DNA from: Candidatus Woesearchaeota archaeon
GTDB lineage: Archaea > Nanobdellota > Nanobdellia > Woesearchaeales > UBA10216
Assembly: GCA_016180195.1 (NCBI GenBank)
Contig: JACPBS010000006.1
Coordinates: 4,681 to 68,680 of the forward strand
DNA: 64,000 nucleotides
Reading direction: 5' to 3'
Positions 27,024 through 35,174 of the stretch are shown here, piece by piece. Below the pieces are notes generated by a model, which was not told the DNA's origin, made no database searches, and saw only the letters and a list, made by a program, of their open reading frames with translations. The position numbers and the translations under genes were made by a program. Positions within the stretch are counted from its first letter, which is position 1, and each line of letters begins with the position of its first letter.

Positions 27024-27205
27024 AGCCCAGGGCGTTTCTTGAGCACACAAATCAAGCTTTGCTTGATTGTGCCCATTTGAGCTATGCTCAAATTGGGTCT
27101 CAGAAATTGCTCGTCCTTACTGCGCACTAAAGTGGCACAAATAAACGCTTGGCGTTTATTGTGCAATAAACCTTTAGGTTTATTTGCAATTTCTGACATT
27201 TCAAA
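27003..27205. repeat. Second copy of the mosaic palindromic element
   Basis: Near-identical to 2228-2481 except for two indels. Confidence 0.9.
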
Positions 27206-27470
27206 AGAGGTGGGGGCTATTGCTGTGGACCTTACTCGGTCTTCAATATAGTTCCTCTAATCTGGGTAGCCAAGGAATACCCTCAGGGCAACCGTGTGGT
27301 TCCAATAGAACACCTGTCAGACGAACTGGAGCTTGAAATAGGCAAGCCAATAGACCCGTATTTAAGGCAATCCCTTGTCACCCACTCAATCGACTACTCT
27401 GGCCTATTGGTAATGCAAACGCTCAAAAGATCTTACGAGGTTTATGTGGAAAAGGACAACATTGCAGCTT

Positions 27471-29330
27471 TCACCCAAGTTTAGATTGCCTCGTGTTGAA
27501 GAATTCCCTGATGTACTCCCTGTAATTTGCAGTTATCTTGGGCTTCATGTCTTTCGGGAAGCAGCTATAGTAGTTTGCCCACGCATACCTTTCATCCATG
27601 AAAATAATAACGCCCCTGTCAAGCTCGCTCCTTATGCATCTCCCGGCAGTCTGAAGGGCCTTCGTGAAGGCAGGGAAAACATAGCCGTAATCCCAGCCCT
27701 TTTTGTATCTTGCCTCATAATAATCAATAAGCTTTTTCGTCTCAAGATCAGGCTGCGCCAAAGGCAGCCCGACAATGATCACCCCGTTAAGAAGGTTTCC
27801 GGGAAGATCAATTCCCTCATAGAAATTCCCTCCAACAACTGCAAGAAGAACCCCCCCGACCAGGAAAGACCTCTTGAAGTCCGAGATGATCTTCACCTTT
27901 TCCTCCTTAGAGATCCCAGGAGACTCCAGCATCACATTCTTGACTATTTTGCCATGCATATGCTTGAACACCTCCCTCATTACAGCATAACTGGGGAAAA
28001 ATACGGCGACGTTTCCAGGAATCTCATTGGTTATGTTAACGCATACATCAGCAAGCTTCTCAAACTGCCTGTCGTCCCTCTTGCTGAACCTCGTGGTAAC
28101 CCCGGTTACTATCAGTGAAAGCCTGTTTTGCGCGGGAAAAGGATTGCGATATTCCCTCTCAACTGTTCCTTTAGGGAAGCCAAGCATGTCCCTGTACATT
28201 CCTGTCGGTGTCAGGGTTCCGCTCATCATTATTACAGAGTAAGCAGACCTCACCACCTTGGATGCCTCAAAGCCAGGATCCAGGCATTGGTAAGAAAGGG
28301 ATACAATCGGGCCTTTAGGGCCCTGCTTTCTTGATGCAATCCGTGCAAACCCCTCGTCATCGCCATCAACCCAAGACCCGAGAAAATCCGCAACCCCGGC
28401 AATCGAGCTCTGCCTCTGGGTTTCCCTGACTTCTTCCCCGACCTTGCCTAGCCTTTCAGCAGCATCCTCGATATCGTGGCCCTTGAGAAGCTCGAGAAGC
28501 TCATTTTTCCCAACAATCCTCTCAGTACCGATTGCAAAAAGGGCTTCCCTAAGATCTGAAAGGAAGATGCGCTCGTCATCGCCTGCAAACCTCTCAGCCT
28601 CCTTCACAGCCCTTTCAACAGATGAGGTGCTTATCCTTTCAGTCAGCATTTCCCTTATTCTCTGAGGAAGATTATGGGCCTCATCAACAATAATTATGAG
28701 GTTCTCAAGCTCCTTCCCGCTTTTCTTCAGGAACCCGTCGCGAATGACCTGGTTGAATATGTAATAATAATCCGCAATAATGACTGCAGAGTCCTTTGAG
28801 CAAAGGGCAGCGGCCTCATATGGGCACACCTTGAACATCCTTCCCATCTCTACAGTCTTTTCAGAGTCCTGCGGCTCCCTCTTGATGGAATCAATAACGA
28901 CCTTAAGATTGGTGTCGCTATTCCTGAAATTGTTGAAGAATTCGCATTGCCCGGCCTCCCGGACAGAAGTGCAGTAGTCATGGAACTGCCTGCTCTGAAG
29001 GGCTTCGATGCCTGGCTGGCAGCACATGTTCTTTTTCCCAACTATATCAGTCACTGAAAATTCCTTCCTGCACTTTTCCCTGATCATCCTCAGCGTGCTT
29101 ATCGCGATAGAGTGCTGCGTATGCCTGGAAGTCAGGAAAAAAACAGTCAAGCCATTATCCAGCGCGAATGAAAGGGAGGGTGCAAGGGCCGCGGCAGTCT
29201 TCCCAAGCCCTGTCGGCGCATGCGCAATAAGGCTTCTCCTGCCCGAAATTGACGAATAAACATCATCTATGAACCTGCCCTGCTCATCGCGAATATTCTG
29301 GTGCGGAAAAAAAGAAAGTGGGTCCGGCAT
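27471..29330 (-). CDS. XPD/Rad3/DinG-family FeS DNA helicase
   Basis: APTGLGKT, four FeS-cluster Cys (NMCC, DYC, GQC, VCPY), VDEAHN, MSGTL and QTAGRCIR motifs. Confidence 0.93.
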   Translation of the reverse strand: MPDPLSFFPHQNIRDEQGRFIDDVYSSISGRRSLIAHAPTGLGKTAAALAPSLSFALDNGLTVFFLTSRHTQHSIAISTLRMIREKCRKEFSVTDIVGKKNMCCQPGIEALQSRQFHDYCTSVREAGQCEFFNNFRNSDTNLKVVIDSIKREPQDSEKTVEMGRMFKVCPYEAAALCSKDSAVIIADYYYIFNQVIRDGFLKKSGKELENLIIIVDEAHNLPQRIREMLTERISTSSVERAVKEAERFAGDDERIFLSDLREALFAIGTERIVGKNELLELLKGHDIEDAAERLGKVGEEVRETQRQSSIAGVADFLGSWVDGDDEGFARIASRKQGPKGPIVSLSYQCLDPGFEASKVVRSAYSVIMMSGTLTPTGMYRDMLGFPKGTVEREYRNPFPAQNRLSLIVTGVTTRFSKRDDRQFEKLADVCVNITNEIPGNVAVFFPSYAVMREVFKHMHGKIVKNVMLESPGISKEEKVKIISDFKRSFLVGGVLLAVVGGNFYEGIDLPGNLLNGVIIVGLPLAQPDLETKKLIDYYEARYKKGWDYGYVFPAFTKALQTAGRCIRSELDRGVIIFMDERYAWANYYSCFPKDMKPKITANYREYIREFFNTRQSKLG

Positions 29331-29483
29331 GGATGCCCGGAAAGGGCTGGATTTAAAAAATTATGTCTGACATCACATCTGCCTTTTAGATTTTCACTTT
29401 AAGAAAAATTATCGTCGTATATTGTCCTTTTTATCGACGACAAATCACAAGGTTTTTATTTTTTTCCTCATTACCATTCAAAT

Positions 29484-29987
29484 ATGAATGCGATACAAGC
29501 CTTGTACAGCGAGGAGATTGATGCGCTCTCACATACAGTTGATGAGCGTACAGGTTCATGGGCACATCTGCTTCCCCATATCAAGCACCAGCCATTCTTC
29601 TCGTGCGTGGTGGAATTCGGGCACTTCGTTGACGTGAGCAGCAGCAACAAAATACTGATGAAAAGCTCTTACGAGAGGATTCTCGAGTCGATGAAGCAGG
29701 TGGAGCGCTCGGTAAGGGAGACAGAAAAAAAGCATTCGATCGAGATTGAAAATCATGATACCCGGCGCTACTTGAGGGGATTTGCAGATAGGATAGTAAG
29801 ATACGGCAGGAAATATTTGCCGGAGCTGCTCACAAATTCCCCGTCTGTTTCCGACATGCTGAGAAAAATCGGGGATGAGCACAAGGTGGAAATGGAGCTC
29901 AAAAAGCATCCATCGCTTTACGTTGCTTACCTGCTCAGAAAAATAGAATGCCTTAAGGAACCGAAATCAAGAATCAGATCTCCTTAA
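29484..29987 (+). CDS. Hypothetical protein
   Basis: 167-aa ORF with ATG after an AT-rich promoter-like region. Confidence 0.6.
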   Translation: MNAIQALYSEEIDALSHTVDERTGSWAHLLPHIKHQPFFSCVVEFGHFVDVSSSNKILMKSSYERILESMKQVERSVRETEKKHSIEIENHDTRRYLRGFADRIVRYGRKYLPELLTNSPSVSDMLRKIGDEHKVEMELKKHPSLYVAYLLRKIECLKEPKSRIRSP

Positions 29988-30263
29988 GTCGAAAAAGCGG
30001 ATTATAATTTCATAAGCCCTTTTCCCGTTTTCGCTCAGCCTGTAAGAGATCCTCCGGGGGTTCTCCATTATGGTTTTCTCAACAAGCCCGTAAGCCTCAA
30101 GAAGCCTGAGCTTGCTGGAAAGAGCCCTAGATGTAACCCTTAGATTTTTCTTGATGCTGGTGAAGCTGCATTCACTGTTGATCGCCATGAAAACAAGCAC
30201 ATGGCCCGCCCATTTTTTCCCAAGTATATTCAGGATATCAATCACCATAGGGTCGATTAACAT
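29967..30263 (-). CDS. HxlR-family winged-HTH transcriptional regulator
   Basis: LGKKW...F..I...VTSRALSSKLRLLE..GLVEK...ISYRLSENG. Confidence 0.85.
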   Translation of the reverse strand: MLIDPMVIDILNILGKKWAGHVLVFMAINSECSFTSIKKNLRVTSRALSSKLRLLEAYGLVEKTIMENPRRISYRLSENGKRAYEIIIRFFDLRRSDS

Positions 30264-30385
30264 TGAATATCCTGATGTATACCAAACAATATAAAGTTTA
30301 CTGACTTGGACACGTATAGGCCAAAAGCTTTTGATCAAAGCGCAATTTAGTGGCGGAAAATAGGTCTTTTCAGGAGGTGGTACAC

Positions 30386-30547
30386 ATGGAGTGGTTTGAA
30401 GACATCGGAGAAACCGAAAAGATAAGCTTTTTTGAGGAAGACGAGGAACTCTCCGATGATGAGATTACAATGCGTGAATCAGCATTCCTGAGAGGGTATG
30501 AAGAGGATACTTACGCATTTGACTACATAGATGATGAAGAGTTCTGA
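30386..30547 (+). CDS. Acidic microprotein (53 aa)
   Basis: GGAGGTGG RBS; DDEIT-x2-E-x-AF-x2-GY motif shared with 60546-60662. Confidence 0.75.
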   Translation: MEWFEDIGETEKISFFEEDEELSDDEITMRESAFLRGYEEDTYAFDYIDDEEF

Positions 30548-30554
30548 ATCACTT

Positions 30555-31307
30555 TCATTTTTCTTTTATTTTTCCCATCTGCCAATCCTTCAGAATCATC
30601 CTTGATGTCCTGTTTATGTCGGGTTCGCTCCCTTTTGACAGCAGGTTTCTTTTCACCGCAATGCGCCTTATTGTATCTGCATCATCTTGACCTTCTGCTA
30701 CGCCATAAAAAGATTCAATCATCCCGGGATGCGCCTGTATTAGTTCAATCACCACCAAGTCCGGATCCTTCTCATGGTTGAAATCAACAGTTCCGATAAG
30801 AGCGTGCTTCATATGATCCTTATCATTTTTGGGAATGACTCCGGGAGTATCCAGGAGCATTAGCCTGTTGTCAACCTTTATCTTTTTAATGTGCCTTGTA
30901 TATCCGCTCAGGATGCTGGCTGGCGCAACATTCCTGCCACGCATGGCATTAATCAGGGAAGATTTTCCTACATTAGGGTACCCAAGAACACCGACCTTGA
31001 AAGGTTTCTTGCCTGGGAAAGCGCGTGAGCCCTCAACAATGATCAGGTCCCTCAGCATCGTTGTTCCCTGGTGATCTTTTGAAGACACGAATACAGAAGG
31101 CTTCAATTTCCTCTTCCATTTTTCAGAAACATCCTTCCCAACAAGGTCGCATTTGTTAATAACATATATCAGAGGCTTGCCAAGGCCCTTCACCTTTAGC
31201 TCAATCTGGGCATTGCGTGTCTCATCAACAAGCCTTGAGTCCATGACAAGGAGCAGGACATCAGCATCATTAATCACATTATTCACCAGCTTCCATGAAA
31301 CAGCCAT
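30555..31307 (-). CDS. Circularly permuted ribosome-biogenesis GTPase (RbgA/YlqF family)
   Basis: NKCD, VSSK, GYPNVGKSS, YTR and DTPG in permuted order. Confidence 0.92.
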   Translation of the reverse strand: MAVSWKLVNNVINDADVLLLVMDSRLVDETRNAQIELKVKGLGKPLIYVINKCDLVGKDVSEKWKRKLKPSVFVSSKDHQGTTMLRDLIIVEGSRAFPGKKPFKVGVLGYPNVGKSSLINAMRGRNVAPASILSGYTRHIKKIKVDNRLMLLDTPGVIPKNDKDHMKHALIGTVDFNHEKDPDLVVIELIQAHPGMIESFYGVAEGQDDADTIRRIAVKRNLLSKGSEPDINRTSRMILKDWQMGKIKEK

Positions 31308-31467
31308 AAATCCAGAATATTCGGCCTTGTTATAAACCTTCTGTCCCAATCTCGTTTTTCAGAATGTCAAAGAATTTGGCCCTTGCCTCCATCTAAGCTT
31401 TATCATCACGAAGACTGACAGTTATTTTTTTAAAAATATTTTTAATTTAACCGAGGATCCTGCCATA

Positions 31468-32007
31468 ATGGATTCCCTTGCAATAATCCATCTCCGGGAG
31501 GAATATGCGGTTGACACATGCGTTTACAGGGAATTATATCGAAGAATTCTTTCTGAGGTGGAAACGGTGAAAAAACAGGGAGGCATTGTTCAGTTTCTTG
31601 CCGATTTCGACATTGTCGGCATCAATTCCGAGAATGTGCCGCTTGAGTTCAGAAACGGGGATTTCGAGTTTGTCGGCACATATGGCAGCTACCTTTGCCA
31701 GTTTTTAGTTGCGAAAAAAAGGATTATTGATTCCAGAGTGACTACAACAACAATAGCCGGGATTTCCTATTCAGTTTGCGTTCCAAGTTTCCTGACGCTG
31801 CTTCAGGGAGAGAACCCCTTTCCGGATTTGAGTTATGAGTCCGCATTGATCATGCTTAACTGGCCGGAAAAAGAATTTTTTGCAACCCTGAAAGCCAAGC
31901 TTAAAGGGGAAATCAATGATGGCCTTACTGATTCGTTTTGTGATAAGAGAAGGAAATCAAAACCCCTTGAATTGTTACCCTTACCACATTTGCTGAATAG
32001 ACCTTAA
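31468..32007 (+). CDS. Hypothetical protein
   Basis: 179-aa ORF; no recognisable motif. Confidence 0.55.
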   Translation: MDSLAIIHLREEYAVDTCVYRELYRRILSEVETVKKQGGIVQFLADFDIVGINSENVPLEFRNGDFEFVGTYGSYLCQFLVAKKRIIDSRVTTTTIAGISYSVCVPSFLTLLQGENPFPDLSYESALIMLNWPEKEFFATLKAKLKGEINDGLTDSFCDKRRKSKPLELLPLPHLLNRP

Positions 32008-32043
32008 AAGAGGCAATTTTTTTGAATTCAACAATCCCCAAAA

Positions 32044-32223
32044 ATGAAGATAGGTGACTTTGAATTTAAGATTCCGCAGATAGAATTCGAGATACTGTAC
32101 AAGGAAATCGTCCTTGGAAGCGAGAAGGACCTTTCGGACGCAAGACACTTAAGGGAAACATTCAAAGACAGGCTAAAAAACGAAAATTTTAAGGAGTTTG
32201 AGAAAATAATAAGACCAACATGA
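32044..32223 (+). pseudogene. 59-aa ORF resembling the C-terminal part of an archaeal nucleotidyltransferase-like protein
   Basis: MKIGDFEF...YKEIVLGSEKDLSDARHL; in-frame stop upstream at 32023; ATGA overlap with the next ORF. Confidence 0.45.
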
Positions 32224-32417
32224 AATCAGCGAAAAATATTGATTATATCAGGTTACATGCCGAGAAAATACGGAAAGACAGCAGGCATTTTGCACAGCAA
32301 AAGATGCTGATTGACTCCCAGATACAGGCGTCACGCTCATTCTTTCAGAGAAAATTTTCGGGAAAGGACTTCAATACGGAAGCAAGGAAACACCTTAAAG
32401 GGATTGGATTGCTTTAA
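32220..32417 (+). CDS. Small basic hypothetical protein
   Basis: 65 aa; translational coupling with the upstream ORF. Confidence 0.6.
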   Translation: MKSAKNIDYIRLHAEKIRKDSRHFAQQKMLIDSQIQASRSFFQRKFSGKDFNTEARKHLKGIGLL

Positions 32418-32480
32418 GTCAGGAAAATTCAAAAAGCCATGGAAAAGGCATTAAGTATTGGTTCAGGTGTTTTCAGCTGC

Positions 32481-32537
32481 TTTACAAATAAATTTCGCTT
32501 TGGGTTAAATGCCCCGCCCTTTAGGGCGAAATTTATT
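32481..32537. repeat. Stand-alone copy of the first module of the 2.1-kb array
   Basis: 48 of 51 nt identical to 2125-2175; perfect 12-bp IR AATAAATTTCGC/GCGAAATTTATT. Confidence 0.85.
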
Positions 32538-32690
32538 CAGGCTTCGAATTATCGGTGGAAAGCATACTGCAATAGAGCATCTGACCGAAGGTCTGCCAAA
32601 GCACGCTGTCGGTGAAGCTAAATGCTGTCAAGGAACTCATCAAGGAGGGCTTTATCCTGCAAAAGCAAACTTCCTACGGATTGCAAGTTA

Positions 32691-33323
32691 TTATTTATCA
32701 GATAATTGCTTCTTAAGATTCCTTATGCATTCATTGCAGAACTCATCAGAGCGGAAATCCATTGGGTATGCTTTCGATTCGGGAAGGCTATCGATAGATG
32801 AAGGAGCCATAGGACAATAATACCCATCGGGGTTTTTCAGCACATGATGCGGAAGTCCATTCATGTGCCCGACTTCGTGTATGGCCAGCGCGACTAATCT
32901 TCTCAAAATTTTTTCTGGTTCATCCAGCATGTTTTGTGTTGAGATCATAGCCAAGGATGCAAGATCGTCCACAAAAGCAATGCCCTTGGTTAACGAATCA
33001 TACATTTTCCCATAATGATCAGTCACGACCAAAACATCTCCATTTATAAGCAGATAAGGAGGCAACAACCTGCCATATTCAATCAGATAGATCAAATTTA
33101 AGCAAGGTTGTCCGTCCAGGAACTGCAAGCAGGAATTATTAGGATCCCTGATTTTTTCATTCAATGAGATTGATGAATAACAAGGCCTGAATCTCTCTTC
33201 GATCCTTGAATGAAGCCCTTCAAGAATTATAGAGTCCAATTCCGTATGGAGCGGTGCGATGGATAAAGTTTTTGCCATGAGTGAAAAAGAGGAGGCGAAA
33301 TCGTTTAAAAATTTTGCCTTCAT
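32691..33323 (-). CDS. Archaemetzincin-like zinc metalloprotease
   Basis: HEVGHMNGLPHH followed by CPM...FCNEC. Confidence 0.8.
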   Translation of the reverse strand: MKAKFLNDFASSFSLMAKTLSIAPLHTELDSIILEGLHSRIEERFRPCYSSISLNEKIRDPNNSCLQFLDGQPCLNLIYLIEYGRLLPPYLLINGDVLVVTDHYGKMYDSLTKGIAFVDDLASLAMISTQNMLDEPEKILRRLVALAIHEVGHMNGLPHHVLKNPDGYYCPMAPSSIDSLPESKAYPMDFRSDEFCNECIRNLKKQLSDK

Positions 33324-33344
33324 ACAGTAGTAAAAAAATTAAAC

Positions 33345-33590
33345 GCCGGGACTGGGACTTTCAGTGGTTATTGGTTTTGCCAAAAACCATTTTGAACCCA
33401 GATGCCCTTTCGGGCCAGGCTAACCTGACTTGATTCCAGGCTTACGCTGGGGTGATTGAAATTTCCAAAACCCATCTGCGCAATGCCAGGTTATGCGATC
33501 CCGGCATGTGGATGCCTTCGGCGCAGACAAAAAAACGCTAGTTTTTATTTGTATGCGATCCTGGCGCAAAGAATAAAAGCTCGGCTTTGT
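33345..33590 (-). ncRNA. Candidate structured ncRNA of unknown family (strand inferred from GNRA loops)
   Basis: GC-rich intergenic stretch with several stems; GUAA and GAAA tetraloops on the minus strand; downstream of SRP54. Confidence 0.4.
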
Positions 33591-33616
33591 TTTTATATGT
33601 TTTTATTTATAACTCA

Positions 33617-34963
33617 TCAAGCCTTTGTCCCCATTCCCTGCATCTTCTTCATGAGCTTCTTCATGTCCTTCATGTCCCCGCCCTTGAACATCTTCATGAC
33701 CTTCCTGCTTTGCTTGTACTGCTTCACAAGTTCCCTTATCTCCGACTGCGTCACACCAGACCCCCTGGAAATGCGCTCTATCCTCCTTGAATCCATTACT
33801 TCGGGGTTCTCCAGCTCCTCTTTCGTCATGGAATCCATTGCGAATTTCCATTTTTTCAGCTTTCCTTCCTGCACCTCAATAAGCTCCTTTGGAAGCTTTA
33901 GCTGCCCGAATCCGGGAATAAGCTCCATTACCTTGCTTAAAGGACCCATTTTCCTCATCGCCTGCATCTGCTCATACAAGTCAAGGAGATTGAACTCGCC
34001 CTTCAGGAATTTTTTCCCGAGGTCTGCTGTTTCCTCCTCAGTCATCGCCTCCCGTGTCTTCTCAAGCAGCGCCTGAAGATCGCCCATGCCGAGAAGCCTG
34101 CCTACAAATCCTGAAGGATTGAACTTCTCAAGATCCTCTATCTTTTCACCTACCCCGATGAACTTAACATTTGCTCCTGAAACAGCGCAGGCGGCAAGCG
34201 CACCGCCTCCCTTTGCGGTCCCCTCCAGCTTAGTGATTATAACGCCAGTTATCTTCACAGCTTCGCTGAAAGCCCTTGCCTGCCTTTCAGCTGCCTGCCC
34301 TATATCGCCTGACATTACAAGGATGCTTTCCTCAGGCCTTATAACTGTGCCAAGTTCCTTAAGCTCAATGATCAGGTCGTCTGAAAGAGCATCCCTGCCT
34401 GCCGTATCGACAATTACTACATCATACTTCACGGATTCAAACTCGAATTTCCGGTATATTGACAAGGGATCCTTTGACTTTGGGTCCCCGAAAACGGGCA
34501 CATTTATTTTTTTACCGAGCTGTTCAAGCTGCTCAAAAGCAGCGGGCCTATACACGTCAAGCTGCACCAAAGCAACCTTCAATCCCCTTTTTGAAAAGTA
34601 TGCGGCAAGCTTTCCAGCTGTTGTTGTCTTGCCAGAACCGAAAAGTCCAAGCAGCATAATCCTTGTGGGCTTTGACTTAACTTCAATGGTGCTTTCCTGT
34701 TCTCCAAGAAAACGAACAAGCTCCTCATAAACAATCCTGATGAGCAGTTCCTTCTTGCTGATCCCGGGAAGCTCCTCCTTTAATGCCCTTTCCTTTATCC
34801 TTTTCGAGATATCAAAAACAATCCGGACATTTACGTCTGACTGCAGCAGGGCACGCTGGATGTCCTTCACCAGTTCGTTCACCAGGGTTTCGTCAACAAA
34901 AAGGGCCTTAGCTATCCTGTCTATGCTCCCTTTCAGGGATTCCCCGAGCTTGTCCAGAACCAT
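33617..34963 (-). CDS. ffh: Signal recognition particle protein SRP54
   Basis: GLFGSGKTTT, DTAGR, TKLEGTAKGGG motifs and a Met-rich M domain. Confidence 0.96.
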   Translation of the reverse strand: MVLDKLGESLKGSIDRIAKALFVDETLVNELVKDIQRALLQSDVNVRIVFDISKRIKERALKEELPGISKKELLIRIVYEELVRFLGEQESTIEVKSKPTRIMLLGLFGSGKTTTAGKLAAYFSKRGLKVALVQLDVYRPAAFEQLEQLGKKINVPVFGDPKSKDPLSIYRKFEFESVKYDVVIVDTAGRDALSDDLIIELKELGTVIRPEESILVMSGDIGQAAERQARAFSEAVKITGVIITKLEGTAKGGGALAACAVSGANVKFIGVGEKIEDLEKFNPSGFVGRLLGMGDLQALLEKTREAMTEEETADLGKKFLKGEFNLLDLYEQMQAMRKMGPLSKVMELIPGFGQLKLPKELIEVQEGKLKKWKFAMDSMTKEELENPEVMDSRRIERISRGSGVTQSEIRELVKQYKQSRKVMKMFKGGDMKDMKKLMKKMQGMGTKA

Positions 34964-34995
34964 GTTGCTGGTTTGGGATTGACGTATTTAAAAGT

Positions 34996-35173
34996 TGTCA
35001 AAAGGAGGTCCCATTGGTCTTCGTGAAGTTCTCACCTTCGGAACCGAGAGGGAAAAAAGAACCTTGGTTAAACAAAGGCGAATCGGGTCTTTTACAAGCA
35101 GAACAGGTAATGGGTTTCAAATACAGCCTAAATGCGAATTTTCTATCTTGTTCGCGACTAGTGGTTCTTGACA
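34996..35173. repeat. 178-bp structured element bounded by TGTCAA/TTGACA
   Basis: Core shared with 17393-17450; the right end (minus strand TGTCAAGAACC) matches the left end of the 2228/27003 modules. Confidence 0.7.
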
Positions 35174-35174
35174 G

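Noticed and set aside
27199-27251. Restored reading frame of ORF 26787 after excising the element
   Set aside because: Only 17 open codons result, and homology between the copies extends past the proposed boundary, so this is not convincing
27296-27484. 62-aa ORF as a gene
   Set aside because: No motif or clear RBS; could be a remnant but is unsupported
33345-33590. Firm call as SRP RNA or RNase P RNA
   Set aside because: The helix-8 CAGG/AGCA loop is absent; the GAAAGTCC and CGGCTT-like motifs are not in RNase P order on one strand
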